In this document: positions 26,376 through 40,775 of the stretch, piece by piece
Position numbering within the stretch: the first letter of the stretch is position 1
Layout of the letters: the number at the start of each line of letters is the position of its first letter
The notes under the pieces: model-generated
Databases searched by the model: none
What the model was told of the DNA's origin: nothing
The model's input: the letters and a program-made list of their open reading frames with translations, nothing else
Made by a program: the position numbers and the translations under genes
Source: the human T2T-CHM13v2.0 reference genome, Homo sapiens
Length of the DNA: 64,000 nt
Reading direction: 5' to 3' (one strand)
NCBI RefSeq assembly: GCF_009914755.1
Contig: NC_060925.1

Positions 26376-27924
26376 AAACAGAAAAATTTCAGTCACAAAA
26401 GGGAAGTAATTCATATGCAGAGATCTTAACAACTTACGGAAAAACAGAAAATAGTCCATTCTATTGATGTCTACACAGCCTTTTTCTCTACTGGGCCTCT
26501 AAAAGTATGACAGTAAAGTTTTGTGATTGTAAAACTCTGATTAGTTACAAAAGTTCCTGATTATTTGTCCATAAATACATTCCTTCATTCACAAAATATG
26601 TAAGTAAAATATGTTACATCCTTTATTTTAGAGAAAAAAGCAGAAAAAGGAGACAGTAGTACTGGGGATATATATATGATTAAATTATAAATAGGATGGT
26701 CAGGAAAACCTTCACTGAAGGCCTCATTCAATTAGAGACTTGCTTCAAATAGAGAATATTCTAACATTCAAAGGTCGAAGAGTTAAGGAAAACTTAGCAA
26801 AGGAGACTGGGAAGGACAGGTTTATGAGGAAAAAGAAAACCAGGAGATAAAGTGCCCCAGAAGCCAAAAAAAAAAAAAAAAAAAAAGAGAGCGTTATCAG
26901 AAGGAATAAAAGGTCCATAGGGTCAAATATTGCTGATAGGTTAAAAGGTGAAGACAGAAATCATCACTGGATTTTACAACACAGGATAGGGAAATAGACT
27001 AGGGGAAATAGCATGAAGAGCTGACTTGAGGTGAGTGTCTGTGAATCTGAATTAATATTAGTCAGCACGTTGTGGGTGTTTTAAGCAAGCTGTCTTCAGC
27101 TGGATAGTTGAAGATACAAGGTTGTATTCAAACACAGTTGGGGTTCTGCCAAAGGTATTTGACAAAGAGAAAGAGGAACAATAGATTTGAAGGTATATGC
27201 CAGGGTATGACTATGGCTGACCAGAGAATGAAAAATGAGGGTATAAATAGCAGAGTTAAACGGTGATAGACTTGTAGGTAACGGTGGCAGTGAAGAAATA
27301 CTGGAGTTAAGGGGTCAGAGAGAGAGCACTAAAAATTATGAGCAGGAGATTATAAAAGATTTGCTGGAAACTGCGATTAAAGAAGAGTTTTAGGTATTGT
27401 AATCTTAAGACATATCTTATTACCATAGGATGGACTGGATGAAACCAGGTGGAGTAAACAATCACTGAAGGTGAAGACTCAAGAAACTCACTCAGAATCT
27501 TAAAAAGTTTATGTGTATGTGCATTTTAAAATCACCAAATATGGCAGAAGCAATGCTGCAGAGAATGACAGTGTGAAAGGAGCTAGAGCTCTTAAAGATT
27601 GAGCAAATAATATAGGAAAAGTCATTAAAGTGCTATAACGAAGTGAGGAGGGTCCCATTTCCCCATCCCCAAAGGTATTCCCACACATTTTTATAAACAT
27701 AAATATGTACCCACAGGAGACCAAAGCTATTTTGTTGTTGTTTACTATTAACTGTGTGATTTTACATAAATGGTATTATGCTGTGTTCTGCATACATCTC
27801 TACAACTTGATTTTTCACCACTTAAAATAATTTTTTTCAAAGATAAAACAACCACTTATAATAAACAGCTCATAACACTGTGAGTACAATTCAAAAAGTG
27901 AAAATATATTTAAAATATATTTAC

Positions 27925-28091
27925 CTTGAAGTTTTCTACTGAGTTCAAGTTTTTCTTGCTCAAGGCGCTTAATTCTTCTTTCATAAGCTTCAGTTGCTAA
28001 GTTGTTGTCTAGAGTCCTCTGAACATTAACATCAAGATCCAGTGAGGTGGGACCAGCCGTAACTCTTAAACAGCTCCGATCAGAAAGTACA
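27925..28091 (-). CDS. CDC42BPA: CDC42BPA coding exon (~exon 10, 167 nt, phase 2 to 1): VLSDRSCLRVTAGPTSLDLDVNVQRTLDNNLATEAYERRIKRLEQEKLELSRKLQ
   Basis: Manual translation; start of the coiled coil. Acceptor ttttcttttcttcAG, donor AAG|GTAAAT. Confidence 0.96.
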
Positions 28092-28509
28092 CTGAAGAAA
28101 AGAAAAAAAAATGTAGGTTCATACTGTGATAAAAAGCTTGAAGAAAAACGTTAACATTTTTTAAAAATTGTTTTTAACTGACTCCACATTTATGGCAAAA
28201 ACATTTTTAAATTGCTCATTTAAAACACAGATCTGAATATCTTGCAGTTAGCCAGCTGGAATAATTATAAAAATTTGTTTGCAAAATCACCATAAACTGT
28301 TTTTAGAAGCATTTTAAAAAATGAAAACCTAAAATCCCCCAAATTATTATGATTTTAAAAACCCCACAAATTATAAAATGAAGTTTGCTGAAGGGTTACT
28401 GGTAGTTTAAAACAATTTGACCACCTAGGTGAAACAGTAGTAGTCAAAAGCACCAACCACGGCCCTCTTTACTAGAATTTGAAATTCAAAAGCAAGTTTC
28501 TGTCTTTAA

Positions 28510-29990
28510 TTCAATACAATTTAAATAAAAATGCTGAAACTGCTGGACATTTGGTGGTGAACAAAACAGACAAAAATCCTTGCCCATATAGAGCTTATAT
28601 TCCAGTGACTGAGACAGAAATAAAGAAAATAATGGAGATATTCATTACATTAGAAAATGTTAAATGCTAAGGAGAAAACATAAAGCAGGAAAGGGAGAAA
28701 TAAAGTATTGAAGAGGAGGAGATAAAAATTTAGATAAAGAAGTTAGGAAAGCTGTCACTGCTAAAGTAACTTTGGAAAAAGCTAAGTAAGGGTGAGGGGA
28801 CCAGTTAAGGGAATATCAAAAGAAAGAATGTTCCAAGCAGATGAAACAGAAGTACTAAAGCCCCGAGACAAGAGTATGTCTGGCATGTTCACAGCCCAGA
28901 AAGGAGGCCTGTGTGGATGGAGTTGAGTAAACAAGGAAAAATAAACTCAGAAAGATAAAAGTAAGGCAGTCATGTAGGGCCTTGTAAGAAGTTTGATTTG
29001 GAGTTAAAATATGAAGCCACTGGAGTTGGGGATGGGTGGACTGGTTCTGAACAGGGGAGTGACATGTTCTGATTATCTTTTAAGAGGATCACCTGAACAG
29101 GATCAGAGAACTAAAAGAAAGTTATTTACATAGTAAGTGGGTGGTTAAGACAGATTTTTAAGTAGACGAGAGGAGAGGTCTCAGTTGGAGATGCACGTTT
29201 AGGAGTCATCAGCAAATCTTTGGGAGAACACTACAGAGTTTAGATGGAAAAGAGAAGTCCAAAGACTGAGCCATAGGACACTCTGATATTAACAAGTCAG
29301 GGAAATCAGGAGGGATCAGGTATGGAGACTGAGAAGGAATGACCAGCAAGGTGAGAGAAACTCAGTCAAGTGCCCTAGAAGATAGGAGAATGTGGTATTT
29401 TAAAAGTATGGAGCTGTGGCAAATAAGATGAGACTAAGCAAATAAGTAAGACTAGGACTGACAAGTGATCATTAGATTTAGCAACATGTTGGTCAACAGT
29501 GACATCGATAAAAGTAGTTTGCATGAAGTGATGGGGGCACACACCTGACTGGAATGGATTCAAGAAACAACAGTATGAGAAACATAAACAAAATATAGTC
29601 AACAGTTGAAGTAATTTTTCTATAATGTAAAGCAGAGACATGGTTGATAAGAGGTAAAGGAAGAGGAATCCAGATTTTATATTTTGCATTAAGATGGAGA
29701 ACTGACATTTGTAAGCTGATAGAAATGATCTGATGATGCAGATGACACAAGAAGAAAAAAATTCATGACATGAAAGCAAAACATGCACTAGACTAGCCAG
29801 GAAGGGATGGAAGATACTGGCCTTACTAGAGGCTTGCACAGTTCATCCATGAAAAGAACAGAGAATTTGGGTCCAACAATAAGTAGGCGGTAAATATGGT
29901 AACTGGAGCTTGTGGAAGTTGTCTGCGGTTTGCCTCAATCCTTTCAGTGAAAGGAGATGCAAGCTGAAAGTGAGGATGACAGAGGTTTCA
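28510..29990 (-). mobile_element. L2 LINE fragments
   Basis: gaacaaaacagacaaaaatcct, gatcattagatttagcaaca and other L2 antisense motifs. Boundaries approximate. Confidence 0.6.
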
Positions 29991-30010
29991 AACTCAAGTA
30001 GAAAGAAATA

Positions 30011-30333
30011 GGCCAGATGCAGTGGCTCACATCTGTAATCCCAGCAACAGGGGAGGTTAAGGCCAGAGGACGGCTTGAGGAGTAGGAGGCTGTAGTTATC
30101 TATGACTGTGCCACTGCACTCCAGCCTAGACAGCACAGCAAGACTCCATTTCTAAATCGTTTTAAAAATTAGCTGGGCATGGTGGCTTGTGCCTATTGTC
30201 CCAGCTACTCAGGAGGCTGAGGCAGGGGGATCATTTGTGCCCAGGAGTCTGAGGCTATAGTGAGCTAGGACTGCACCACTGCATTCCAGCCCTTCTGCTG
30301 CCCAGAACAAGACCCCATCTCTTAAAAAAAAAA
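30011..30333 (+). mobile_element. Atypical Alu dimer (FAM/FRAM-like monomer followed by a J-type right arm)
   Basis: Both monomers carry the right-arm segment gaggct.(t/c)agt...ccactgca.tccagcc. Confidence 0.8.
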
Positions 30334-30954
30334 GAAAGTAAAAAATAGTTACTAGGTGAGTGGAAGAGTGAATATACTAGGGTAATACAGTACATTTGTC
30401 AGACAAGGGGGACTTGAGGTTGGTAATCATGAATTTAAAGTAGACCAGTAAGAATAGTCAGCTATTTTTTCTAGTCATTTGGAACTGTACAGGTAGAGAA
30501 TAAAATTGTAATAGTTAATGTTCACTTAGCAAAACAAATATAACAGAATGAGAGACAGTCAAAGGAACTGAAATGGCATACAAGGAGTGATTATAATCAT
30601 TCTCAATGGAATTTAAACAGGGTAAGGGGGAAATAGGGAATATAAGTGAAGTGAGGGTCAGTGAAAGGATGGTAGAATTAATGGGTTGAAAGTTCTCCTG
30701 CTTGACATCTAGAGAATATTCAACAGCGTGAAACTCTTCTAATTACTGCTTCATTGGTAAGGATTAGATTCTGAGCTCTCTGTTCCATTCTTTCCCCTCC
30801 AAAACGAGTTAAGATTTTCATGCGTTCTATTCATTTTGTAATGCTTAACTTTCTATTTCCAGCAGTAGGCTCATTCTATTTTTTAAAAAGTTTTAATTCA
30901 CAAAGTTTTCTCATACACCTTTTACGAACCTCAATTCAATTTAATTTGCTTTAA

Positions 30955-31266
<312 letters not shown>

Positions 31267-31293
31267 CAAACTATGTTAACTTTTCAAACTTAC

Positions 31294-31373
31294 CAGCTAC
31301 TAGTATATGTAAAACCAACAAATGGCAGATGGTGGCCAGAAAATGCAGTATGTGTTGGTGGGGGCATCGTTTC
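31294..31373 (-). CDS. CDC42BPA: CDC42BPA coding exon (~exon 9, 80 nt, phase 0 to 2): ETMPPPTHTAFSGHHLPFVGFTYTSS(C), hydrophobic motif
   Basis: Not translated in this frame by the ORF track; manual translation gives the FVGFTY hydrophobic motif. Acceptor ttcctcctttAG, donor TG|GTAAGT. Confidence 0.96.
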
Positions 31374-31607
31374 CTAAAGGAGGAAAAAACATCTGGTAAG
31401 AAATAGGTAGCTATATGATCTGTAGGCTTGCCTATAAATATAAAATGCCAAAAAGAAATATTTAAAAAAAAATTGTGACTGTTCAATTTTAAAACACTGG
31501 TAAGTTTGGTATAGTTGTTTAGTGATATAAAATTTAGACCATGAACACTGCTACTCTAAAATTCTAATTAAAGTAAAATGAAGATTCAAAGTCTGATATT
31601 GAGAATA

Positions 31608-32249
31608 CAGTCATTATTATTCATGTATTCTGTATTTGCAAATTTGTGTAGAAGCTAATATTTATTTGTAAACCCCAACTCAATACTTGTGGTAATTTTA
31701 TGATCATTTGTAGACACGTGCAGAGCAGAGAAAAATTTGAGATGTCCTATGCTCACATTCCCAGCTGAGGTTGAACAGGAGAGGCTCTGCCTTCTCATTT
31801 AAGCTCTCATATTATAAACAAGTGTCCTCTACAGGGTCTCTTTGGTGTCATGCATTTCACATTTTTGGGCCCTCTGTATGTGATTCACTGCTTGCAAAGG
31901 CTCCCAAGCATAGTGCTGAAGCGCTGTCTAGTGTTCCTAGCGCCAGAGGACAGTGATGTGCCTTTATGGAGAAAATAATGTGCTAGAAAAGCTTCATTCA
32001 GGCACGAGTTACAGTGCTGCTGGTGGTGAGTTCAGTGGTGAGTTCAGTGTTAATGAATCAACAACATATGTTATATAAAGTGTCTTTAAAGAGAAGCACA
32101 CATAAAACAAGACTATATATTGATCAGTTGATCAGAGGCTCACAGAAACCTAACCCTGTATTTCCCTCAGAGCATTGGTTCAATATTAGCTAACAGTGTT
32201 CAAGGCAACTATATAGAACATAACCACCATGAATAATTAGGATCAACTG
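31608..32249. mobile_element. MER82 (Tigger-type) DNA transposon, near full length
   Basis: TA-flanked TIR-like ends cagtcattattattc... and ...gaataattaggatcaactg; internal sequence recalled as MER82. Confidence 0.8.
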
Positions 32250-32643
32250 TACTATGTATTTAATTTGGAATGATTCATAATTTGTTAACAGTAAATATAA
32301 TTCTATTTATAAAAAATTGGTAAGAGAAGTCAGTTTAATTATTCTTTGTGAAGTTTAGACAGGAAAGTATGAGAAATTTTTATCTGCCTTGAATACAGTA
32401 CTAGGATGGTTTTACAATTATCAGTTATCAAACAGTGATCACAGCTTATTGTATTGAAATAGTATTCACTGTTTCAGTGAAAAGTTATATAACGTGTACC
32501 TATTATGTACCCACAAAAATTAAAAATAAAGATTTTGTTAAGTCATATAACATTAACATAAAAATTTTTAGTACAGGATTAAAGCCATAGTAAATAAAAT
32601 AACTGAATAAAAATAAAAGCTCAAATTAAGAAGGCTAAAAAGG

Positions 32644-32923
32644 GGCCGGGAGCAGTGGCTCATGCCTATAATCCCAGCACTTTGGGAGGCCGAGGAGGGC
32701 GGATCACAAGGTCAGGAGATCAAGACCATTCTGGCTAACACGGTGAAACCCCGTCTCTACTAAAAACATAAAAGTTAGCCAGGTGTGGTGGCGCATGCCT
32801 ACAGTTCCAGCTACTCAGGAGGCTGAGGCAGGAGAACGGCGTGAACCCGGAAGGCGGAGCTTGCAATGAGCCGAGATTGTGCCACAGCACTCCAGCCTGG
32901 GAGACAGAGCGAGACTCTGTCTC

Positions 32924-32951
<28 letters not shown>
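32644..32951 (+). mobile_element. AluY-like
   Basis: Y diagnostics (ggcgtgaacccgg, ggagcttgca). TSD core gaaggctaaaaagg on both sides. Confidence 0.93.
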
Positions 32952-32956
<5 letters not shown>

Positions 32957-33835
32957 AGGCTAAAAAGGCAAAAAACTCAAAAATTTTAAGTTCTTATTTT
33001 CCTAAATTTTAATCTCATATAACCTAAAGGGTTATAGCAGAGGTCAATATACTATGTTGGCCTGTTTTGGCATGGCTCACAAGTTAAGAATGGTTGAATT
33101 ATTTGGCTATTGGACTGGCCGAATAATTGGCTTGAGGTCTGTATTCACCTCAGGCAGGGCTATACCTCAGAGCTATACCACGTCTGTGGACTATTTTCCC
33201 TATTGATTTCCTACCAAGTTTGCTATTGTTAGCAGCAACACACTGGGCTTGGGTATTTAGTCCTGGAATCTGCCCTCTGTATCAGCAAAGCTGCTGATTT
33301 TTCTATCCAGTTCCATGCTACTAGTACTACTGTCCCAGACCAAGTCAGTAGTGGGGATGGACGTGTGTGGTATATGTGACTTTAAACTAAAGTTAAGCAG
33401 TTTTTCACAAATAAATGCTTCTCAATTTATTTCTCTTCAATTGTTGTATCAGGCCCTGACATGGTTGATTTTGATAATTTTGTCCAGTTTTATGGTTTTA
33501 GGGAGAAATTTGCCAACCTCTGCACTTTACAATCATAAAATCTGCTTTTTTAAATATCTAATTTGTTCTCTTACGAAGCTTAATGGCATAACTTATCTAA
33601 GAGGTAAAACTTTGAATTTTAATTTTGTTCTTAGTCACAAATAACTATGTTCACCTCAGTTAACTTTCTTCTTAATTTGATTTGTGACAGAATAAGCACC
33701 GGAAGCCATGATCACTGACTAATAACTGATCATTGTAAAATCATCCTAGCAAAATACTTATAAACCAAAAAATTACTATATAACCATAGTAGAAAGAAAC
33801 AGAGGGACAGAACTTCTTCACAGTGTCATACTTAC

Positions 33836-34084
33836 AGAATTTTTTAAACAATCATCATCTACATCAAAATTCGATGTATCTGTTGGGCTACTAACTTCTG
33901 GAATATAAGGTGCTTCACAGTTCCGAATATTATCCCAATCAATTCCACTGAAAAATGGGTGTTTCTTAAAGTCTTCTATTCCATTTTGACCAAGTCGATG
34001 TTCTCTGCTACAAATGAGCCTTCGAATAAGATCCTTAGCATTTTCAGACACATCAGTCACTTGGGCTGGAAACTGAAACCTCTC
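33836..34084 (-). CDS. CDC42BPA: CDC42BPA coding exon (~exon 8, 249 nt, phase 0 to 0): [14 protein letters not shown]...[19 protein letters not shown], kinase end and AGC C-tail
   Basis: HPFF and DTSNFD AGC-tail motifs. Acceptor ttctctgtttAG, donor TCT|GTAAGT. Confidence 0.97.
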
Positions 34085-34449
34085 CTAAACAGAGAAAAAC
34101 AGAAACAAAATATAAATCAGTGTTTAACATACTAAGTAGTTGGTTGACTTATTTATTTTCTTAAAAATACATTTTATTTTAAATATATCTAATAACTGCA
34201 TGTTGGTGCAAAGTACTAATACTAAAGGAATACAGGGATGAATGACAGAAGATCATTTTCCTAGGACTTTTAATTTCATATATGACTCAATCATGCATGC
34301 GCTATAGAAAGAAGAATACATTGTACCTTAGATATCTTAAACTGCTATCAGAATGAAGAGAAATTACTTCAAAGTAGTGGAATTTGACTCTATTTAAATC
34401 AAGATAGATGATTGATAATGGTCATATAAGTTACATACTAATGATTAAC

Positions 34450-34680
34450 TAATAATAAATATTTTTAAAGGACATAATATGTATCTGACACTATTTAAAG
34501 TACGTTACTCATTTAACCCTCAAAACAGTCATTTTAGGTGGGTACTCCTACTATGCTAATATTATAGAAGAAATAAAGACACACAGAATTCAAGTAACTT
34601 TCTCAACATTACACATCTAGGAAGTGGCAGAACCAGAATTTGAACTGAAGCTGTAATCTGTGCTGTTAAATATATACTAC
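34450..34680 (-). mobile_element. MIR
   Basis: actcatttaaccctcaaaacag...aagtaactttctcaacattacacatctaggaagtggcagaaccagaatttgaac. Confidence 0.7.
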
Positions 34681-35678
34681 AATATTTTTTTCTAATTCAA
34701 ATGATGTACATGCTATTTACAACCCTGCTGCTATTTCCAGTCTTTCAACTCTTTATAACTATATGAAACATTATCTTTGCAAACAGGAAGAAGAATATAA
34801 ACCCTATAAAACTGATTTTTATACATGTAAAGCAACTAATCATAATTGCTTCACTAGAACAAATTAAAAAGAATAGATTATCATTCCCTTCTATCGGATA
34901 TTCATATTCTAAGTATTTGCAACTGCTCACAATCTTCTAAGACTGCTAATAAAACCTTTCTTCTTATTATTATGAACAGTCTATTTCACTTAGTACTAAA
35001 TATATTAACGTTTCATTAATTTGTTCTTGTTGTGTGTCTGTGTTGCTTCTAGTGTTCTGTGATCATAAATAACGTTAGAATAGGTATCCTTGTACATATA
35101 TCTTTGTTCTACTGAGAATGTCATAGGGTAGATTCCTAGACTGAAGTTGCTCAATCAAAACCTCTAACCATTTTTTAAGGCTCTAGGTGCACACCTGTAA
35201 ACTTCCTGAACAGAAAGGTCACACCAATTTATATTCCTATTAATGTCTTAGAATGCCCATCTCACTGCATTATTTATGGTACAGAGTACTATTTTTCTTT
35301 TGATCTTTGCTAATTTGACAAGAAAAAAAAGTATCTCATCCTTATTTTAAATTTGTATTGCACTTATTACCACTAAAGTTGAAAATTTTTTTACACATAT
35401 TCTAGTCATGATTATACATATACTATAGTAAGCAATGATCTAAATTCTCTACTTACGACCTTTGTTATTCTACTGGGGAGACCACTTAATTTCCTACTTA
35501 GCGGCATCTCTAATAAAATACAAGAAAATTAGAACTAATAACTTATGAATAATTTATGGATTTTGACTATTTATGTTGTCCTGTCCCATACTAGGATAGA
35601 AATGTGATTGTTCACTGTTTTTAGAAAAATATTTTCTCTTTAAAAATGGTTTTATTATATGTGTTATTTACCACATTA

Positions 35679-35924
<246 letters not shown>

Positions 35925-36520
35925 TTATTAATCTCCTATATTAGAAATAAAATATTTTAAATAGTTACTTAAGATACACAATAGACATTATTATCTCATA
36001 AACACATCTTTGTCATTATCTGAAAAATAATAATAATCCTTGTATATATGTTAAATTGTATATTATCCCCACATTAATAGTTTTCAGGATTTCATAACAC
36101 TATAGAACTTTTATTATAGTGTTACTTAACTGATGACATTGAGAGGAACAATTTAATTTAAACCATCATACCAATTAAGAACAAACTGAATATTTGGTTT
36201 AGAACACTCATTATTGATAATTACCTGTCAAACCTATACGTGTAAAAAAAAAAAATGAAACCGTCAAAATTGTACAATGAGATGGGGGGAAAAAGCTCCT
36301 GATATTTAGGCCAACACTATGAGAAGCCTGGAGATTATGTTCAAACTCCTTAATAGAAACCTAAGAAAATACACGTCAATAATGTACAACAAACTACTTA
36401 CTAATTTAAAAAACTATAAAAGAAGAGGTATATCCTTCAAAATCTGAAGTTCCAATAGAGAAAAAAAGTTGAGTACTTGTTATAGCAGGTTAGGTTTAAT
36501 TAGAAAACAGGTAATTAAAA

Positions 36521-36660
36521 CCAGGCATGGGAGCTGACATCTGTAATCCCAGCACTTTGGGAAGCCAATGTGGGAGAATCACTTGGGCCCAGGAGTTTGA
36601 GACAAGCCTGGGCAACACAGCAAGACCCTATCTCTGTAAAAAAGTGGAAGAAAAAATAAA
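36521..36660 (+). mobile_element. Alu monomer (FLAM / left arm)
   Basis: Single left monomer with A-rich tail. Confidence 0.85.
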
Positions 36661-36913
36661 ACAGGTAACTAGAAAAATCCTGGGTATGCATGTTGTAAGG
36701 TACTTTGAAGTAAAAGAATATTAGCCCTTTACATGTTTTAGAAGAACTTATCCAAAACATGAACATTCCTAAAGTAGAATACCAGTTAATATTTTGGATT
36801 TTCTAGACTACATTTCCAATTCTGAATAATTAGGATAAACTTACATTTTAGCAATACTGAGATTAAATGACTTGAAAACCCTTCCATTACAAACTCTTAA
36901 AATGCTAGACAAA

Positions 36914-37139
36914 CACCCTGTCTAACACAGTGAAACCCCATCTCTACTAAAAACACAAAAAAATTAGCCAGGCATGGTGGTGGATGCCTGCAGTCCCAGC
37001 TACTCAGGAGGCTGAGGCAGGAGAATGGTGTGAACCCGGGAGGCGGAGCTTGCAGTAAGCCAAGATTGCGCCACTGCACTCCAGCCTGGGCGACAGAGCA
37101 AGACTCGGTCTCAAAAGCAAAAAAAAAAAAAAAAAAAAA
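36914..37139 (+). mobile_element. 5'-truncated AluY-like
   Basis: gagaatggtgtgaacccgggaggcggagcttgcag; gctaga.aaa repeated on both flanks. Confidence 0.9.
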
Positions 37140-38214
37140 GCTAGATAAAATATAACAATTATTTGTATAAACATATAAAAGAACTTTTTTACAAAGAGAG
37201 ATTCTTAGAGGTCAGTAATCAAGAAATGCTTGAGAATCAGGATAATAAGCATTAGAGATGAGTAGGGTTGGGGAATTGTTGGTTTTCATTTCCTAGGTAC
37301 TCAAATTTTAACATACACAAAAGCGAGTACCTTATGCTTATATGAGGTAAGAACAAAAGACAAGACCTTATCCTTAGCTTACATGAGGGGGCGAGTTTGA
37401 AGACAAAGGCTGCCCTATATACATACCTTTTGCCTTAAAACGTATACTGTAAGAAAAACGGTACATTATAAAAATCTGCCACAAAGCAGAGACGGACAAG
37501 ACATTTCATCTATCTTGACTAATGTGTGATGAATGAAAAATATTGTTCCTGTAGAAATTCGTAACATTACATCACATAGTCTCAACATTTGGGATTCAAA
37601 TGCACACCGCTTCTGTGGTTGAAAAGTTCCCAAGCCAAGAAACCGGCATTAACACTGACCCAAGGTTAGTTGCCTCTAGGAAGCAAAACAAATTCAAATC
37701 TACTCTGGAGGACACATGCTCAAATTTGGCAGATATAATTCTTAAACATAAAATCTTGCTGAATATGAACTCACAATCCAATAATATAAACCAAATGAGT
37801 AAACTGTCTATTATGAGTAACTCAGAAATCCCAACAAACAGAACAATAGATCCCTAACAACAATCAGATCCACTCTATGAAATAAGCATGTTTAAAATTA
37901 TTAAAGACCTAAAAAAATCAACAAACACAAAAGTTTTTAAAAATCAAACGGAAGTCCTAGAAATGAAAATAGTCACTGAAATAAAATAAACGTAATAAAT
38001 AGGTAAACAGTGGATTAGATACAGTTGACGAGAATAATAAACCTGAAGAAGAGCTGAAGAAATTACTAGCATCTAATATGAAGACTTAAAAAACGGAAAA
38101 TTTGGAAGAAAGGCTAAGACGTACAGACCCTAGAATGGACAAGTTCAACATAGTATAAGAGAATGAGATAAAAGAGAGAATAGTGGAAAGCAATATCCAA
38201 AGAGACAAAGCTTA

Positions 38215-38590
<376 letters not shown>

Positions 38591-39299
38591 AAAGTACTCA
38601 GAAGATAAATAAAACCAGACTCATGTCTATACACATTGGAATTAAACTACAGAATACCAAAGCCAAAGAGATTTTAAAAACATTAAAGAATAGAGATTAT
38701 CTACTAAGAAATGACAATTAGACCAACAGCTGAATTATTAATAACTAAGAATTGCAGTCAGAAGAAAATGAAGTTGTACCTTCAAAGTGATAAGAAAAAA
38801 TAATTGTCAATATAGTATTACCTACCTACCTAAATTATGATACAGAAATGATACATTTTCACACAAGACTGAGTAAACTATCGCTAACATTTCCTTTCGG
38901 CTAAACAAGCACTAAAGGGTATACTTCGGAAAACAAGAAATTTAACCAAGATGGAAGAATGTGATACTAGAAGCAATTATGAACAAAGATATTAGTAAAC
39001 TTTACTAATTCATTTAAATGGTGGTTAATTGGATAACATAATGAAGAAGAAGGAGGACAAGGACTAGAAAAAGAGGCAGGAGTAACCACCTTAGGGCTGA
39101 AAAATAAGTTTACCCCATAAATGTATTCAACTATAATTTGTCAGTTTACAAATAGAAAAATAAAAATTTTTAAAAACCACCCACTTTACCTCCCTGAAAA
39201 AAAAAAAAAGAAAAAAAAAAGAAGTTGGAAATTAAACACTGGAAAAACAAAAACATATTACTGAGGGTGTAAACAGGATTCAAGTATTCTAAATTTCTT

Positions 39300-40775
39300 A
39301 GGTTTTTTAAATTTTTAATTATTATTTTTAATGGTGGTAAAAATAGACATAAAATTTACTATCTTAATGATTTTTAGAAGTGTGCAGTTCAATGGCATAA
39401 GTACCTTCACACTGTTGTGCAACCAGTCCCCACCATCCTTCTCTAAAATTTTTTCATCTTGGAAAATTTTAACTCTGTACCCATCAGTAATTCCCCCATT
39501 CCCCCTTCCCCTAGACCCTGGAAGCCACCATTGTACTTTGTTTCTTTGAACTTGATTACTATAGTTATCTCACATAAGTGGAATCATAAAATATTTGTAC
39601 TTTTCTAACTGGCTTATTTCATTAACATAATGTCCTAAGGTTTCATCCATGTTGTAGCACGTGTCAGAATTTCCTTTCTTTTTAAAATTGATTGATATTC
39701 CATTGTATGTATACAGCACATTTTGTTTATCCATTCATCTGTCACCCTTTGGCTACTGTGAACAATGCTGCTCTAAAAATGAGTGTACAAATGTATGTTC
39801 AACTCCTTGCTTTCACTTCTTTTGGGTATATACCCAGAGGAGGAACTCTGGATCACGTGGTAATTCTATTTTCAATTTTTTGAAGAGCTACCTATACCAT
39901 TTTCCATATTTTACATTCCCACCAACAGTGCCCAAGGATCCTAATTTGTTCACATCCTTGACAACACTTGTTATTTTCTGTTTTTTGATAGTAGCAATCC
40001 TGCTGAGTGTGAGATGGTGTATCCCTGTGGTTTTGTGTTTCTCTAATTATTAGTGATGTTGAGCACCTTTTCAAGTGCTAATTGGCCATTTAAATATCTT
40101 CTTTGGAGAAATGTCTATTTAAGTTCCTTGTCCCAGCACTTTGGGAGGCTGAGGTGGGTCAATCACTTGAGGTCAGGAGTTTGAGACCAACCTGGCCAAC
40201 AGGTCATAACCCAGTCTCTACAAAAAAAAAAAAAAAAAAAAAAAATTAGCTGGGTGTGGTGGTGCATGTCTGAAATCCCAACTACTCGGGTGGCTGAGGC
40301 AGGATAAGTGAGCCGAGATCACGCCACTGACACCAGCCTAGGCGACAGAGCAAGACTCTGTCTCTAAAATAAAATAAAATACAAATAAATAAATACCTTG
40401 TCCATTTTTTAACAGGGTCCTTTGTTCTTTGTTGCTGACTTGTAGGAGTTTTTACATATTTTAGAGACTAACCTGTTATTAGACATATGATTTGCAAATA
40501 TTTTCTCTCATTCCATGTTGCCTTTTCACTCTGATCGTGCCCTTTGATGTACAGAAGTTTTAATGGAGATATTGCCGAATTTATCTATTTTTTTCTTTCG
40601 TTGCCTGTAATTTTGTGTCATCCCCAAGAAATCACTGACAAATCCAAGGTCATAAAAGTATCCCTTCTATTTTTTTCCTAAGAGTTTCACAGTTTTAGTT
40701 TTTGTATTTAGGTCTTTGACCGATTTTGAGTTAATTTTTGTTGTGAGTGTTACACGTTGAGTTAATTACAGTGTG
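39300..40775 (-). mobile_element. L1MA/MB-type 3' portion nested in the older L1
   Basis: Typical antisense 3' end (aaaatttactatcttaa...ttgtgcaacc). 18-bp TSD aagta(t/a)tctaa(a/g)tttctt at 39282-39299 and 40776-40793. Confidence 0.85.
40131..40394 (+). mobile_element. Alu, 5'-truncated with an internal right-arm deletion
   Basis: Starts at tcccagcactttggg; ccttgtcc on both flanks. Confidence 0.9.
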
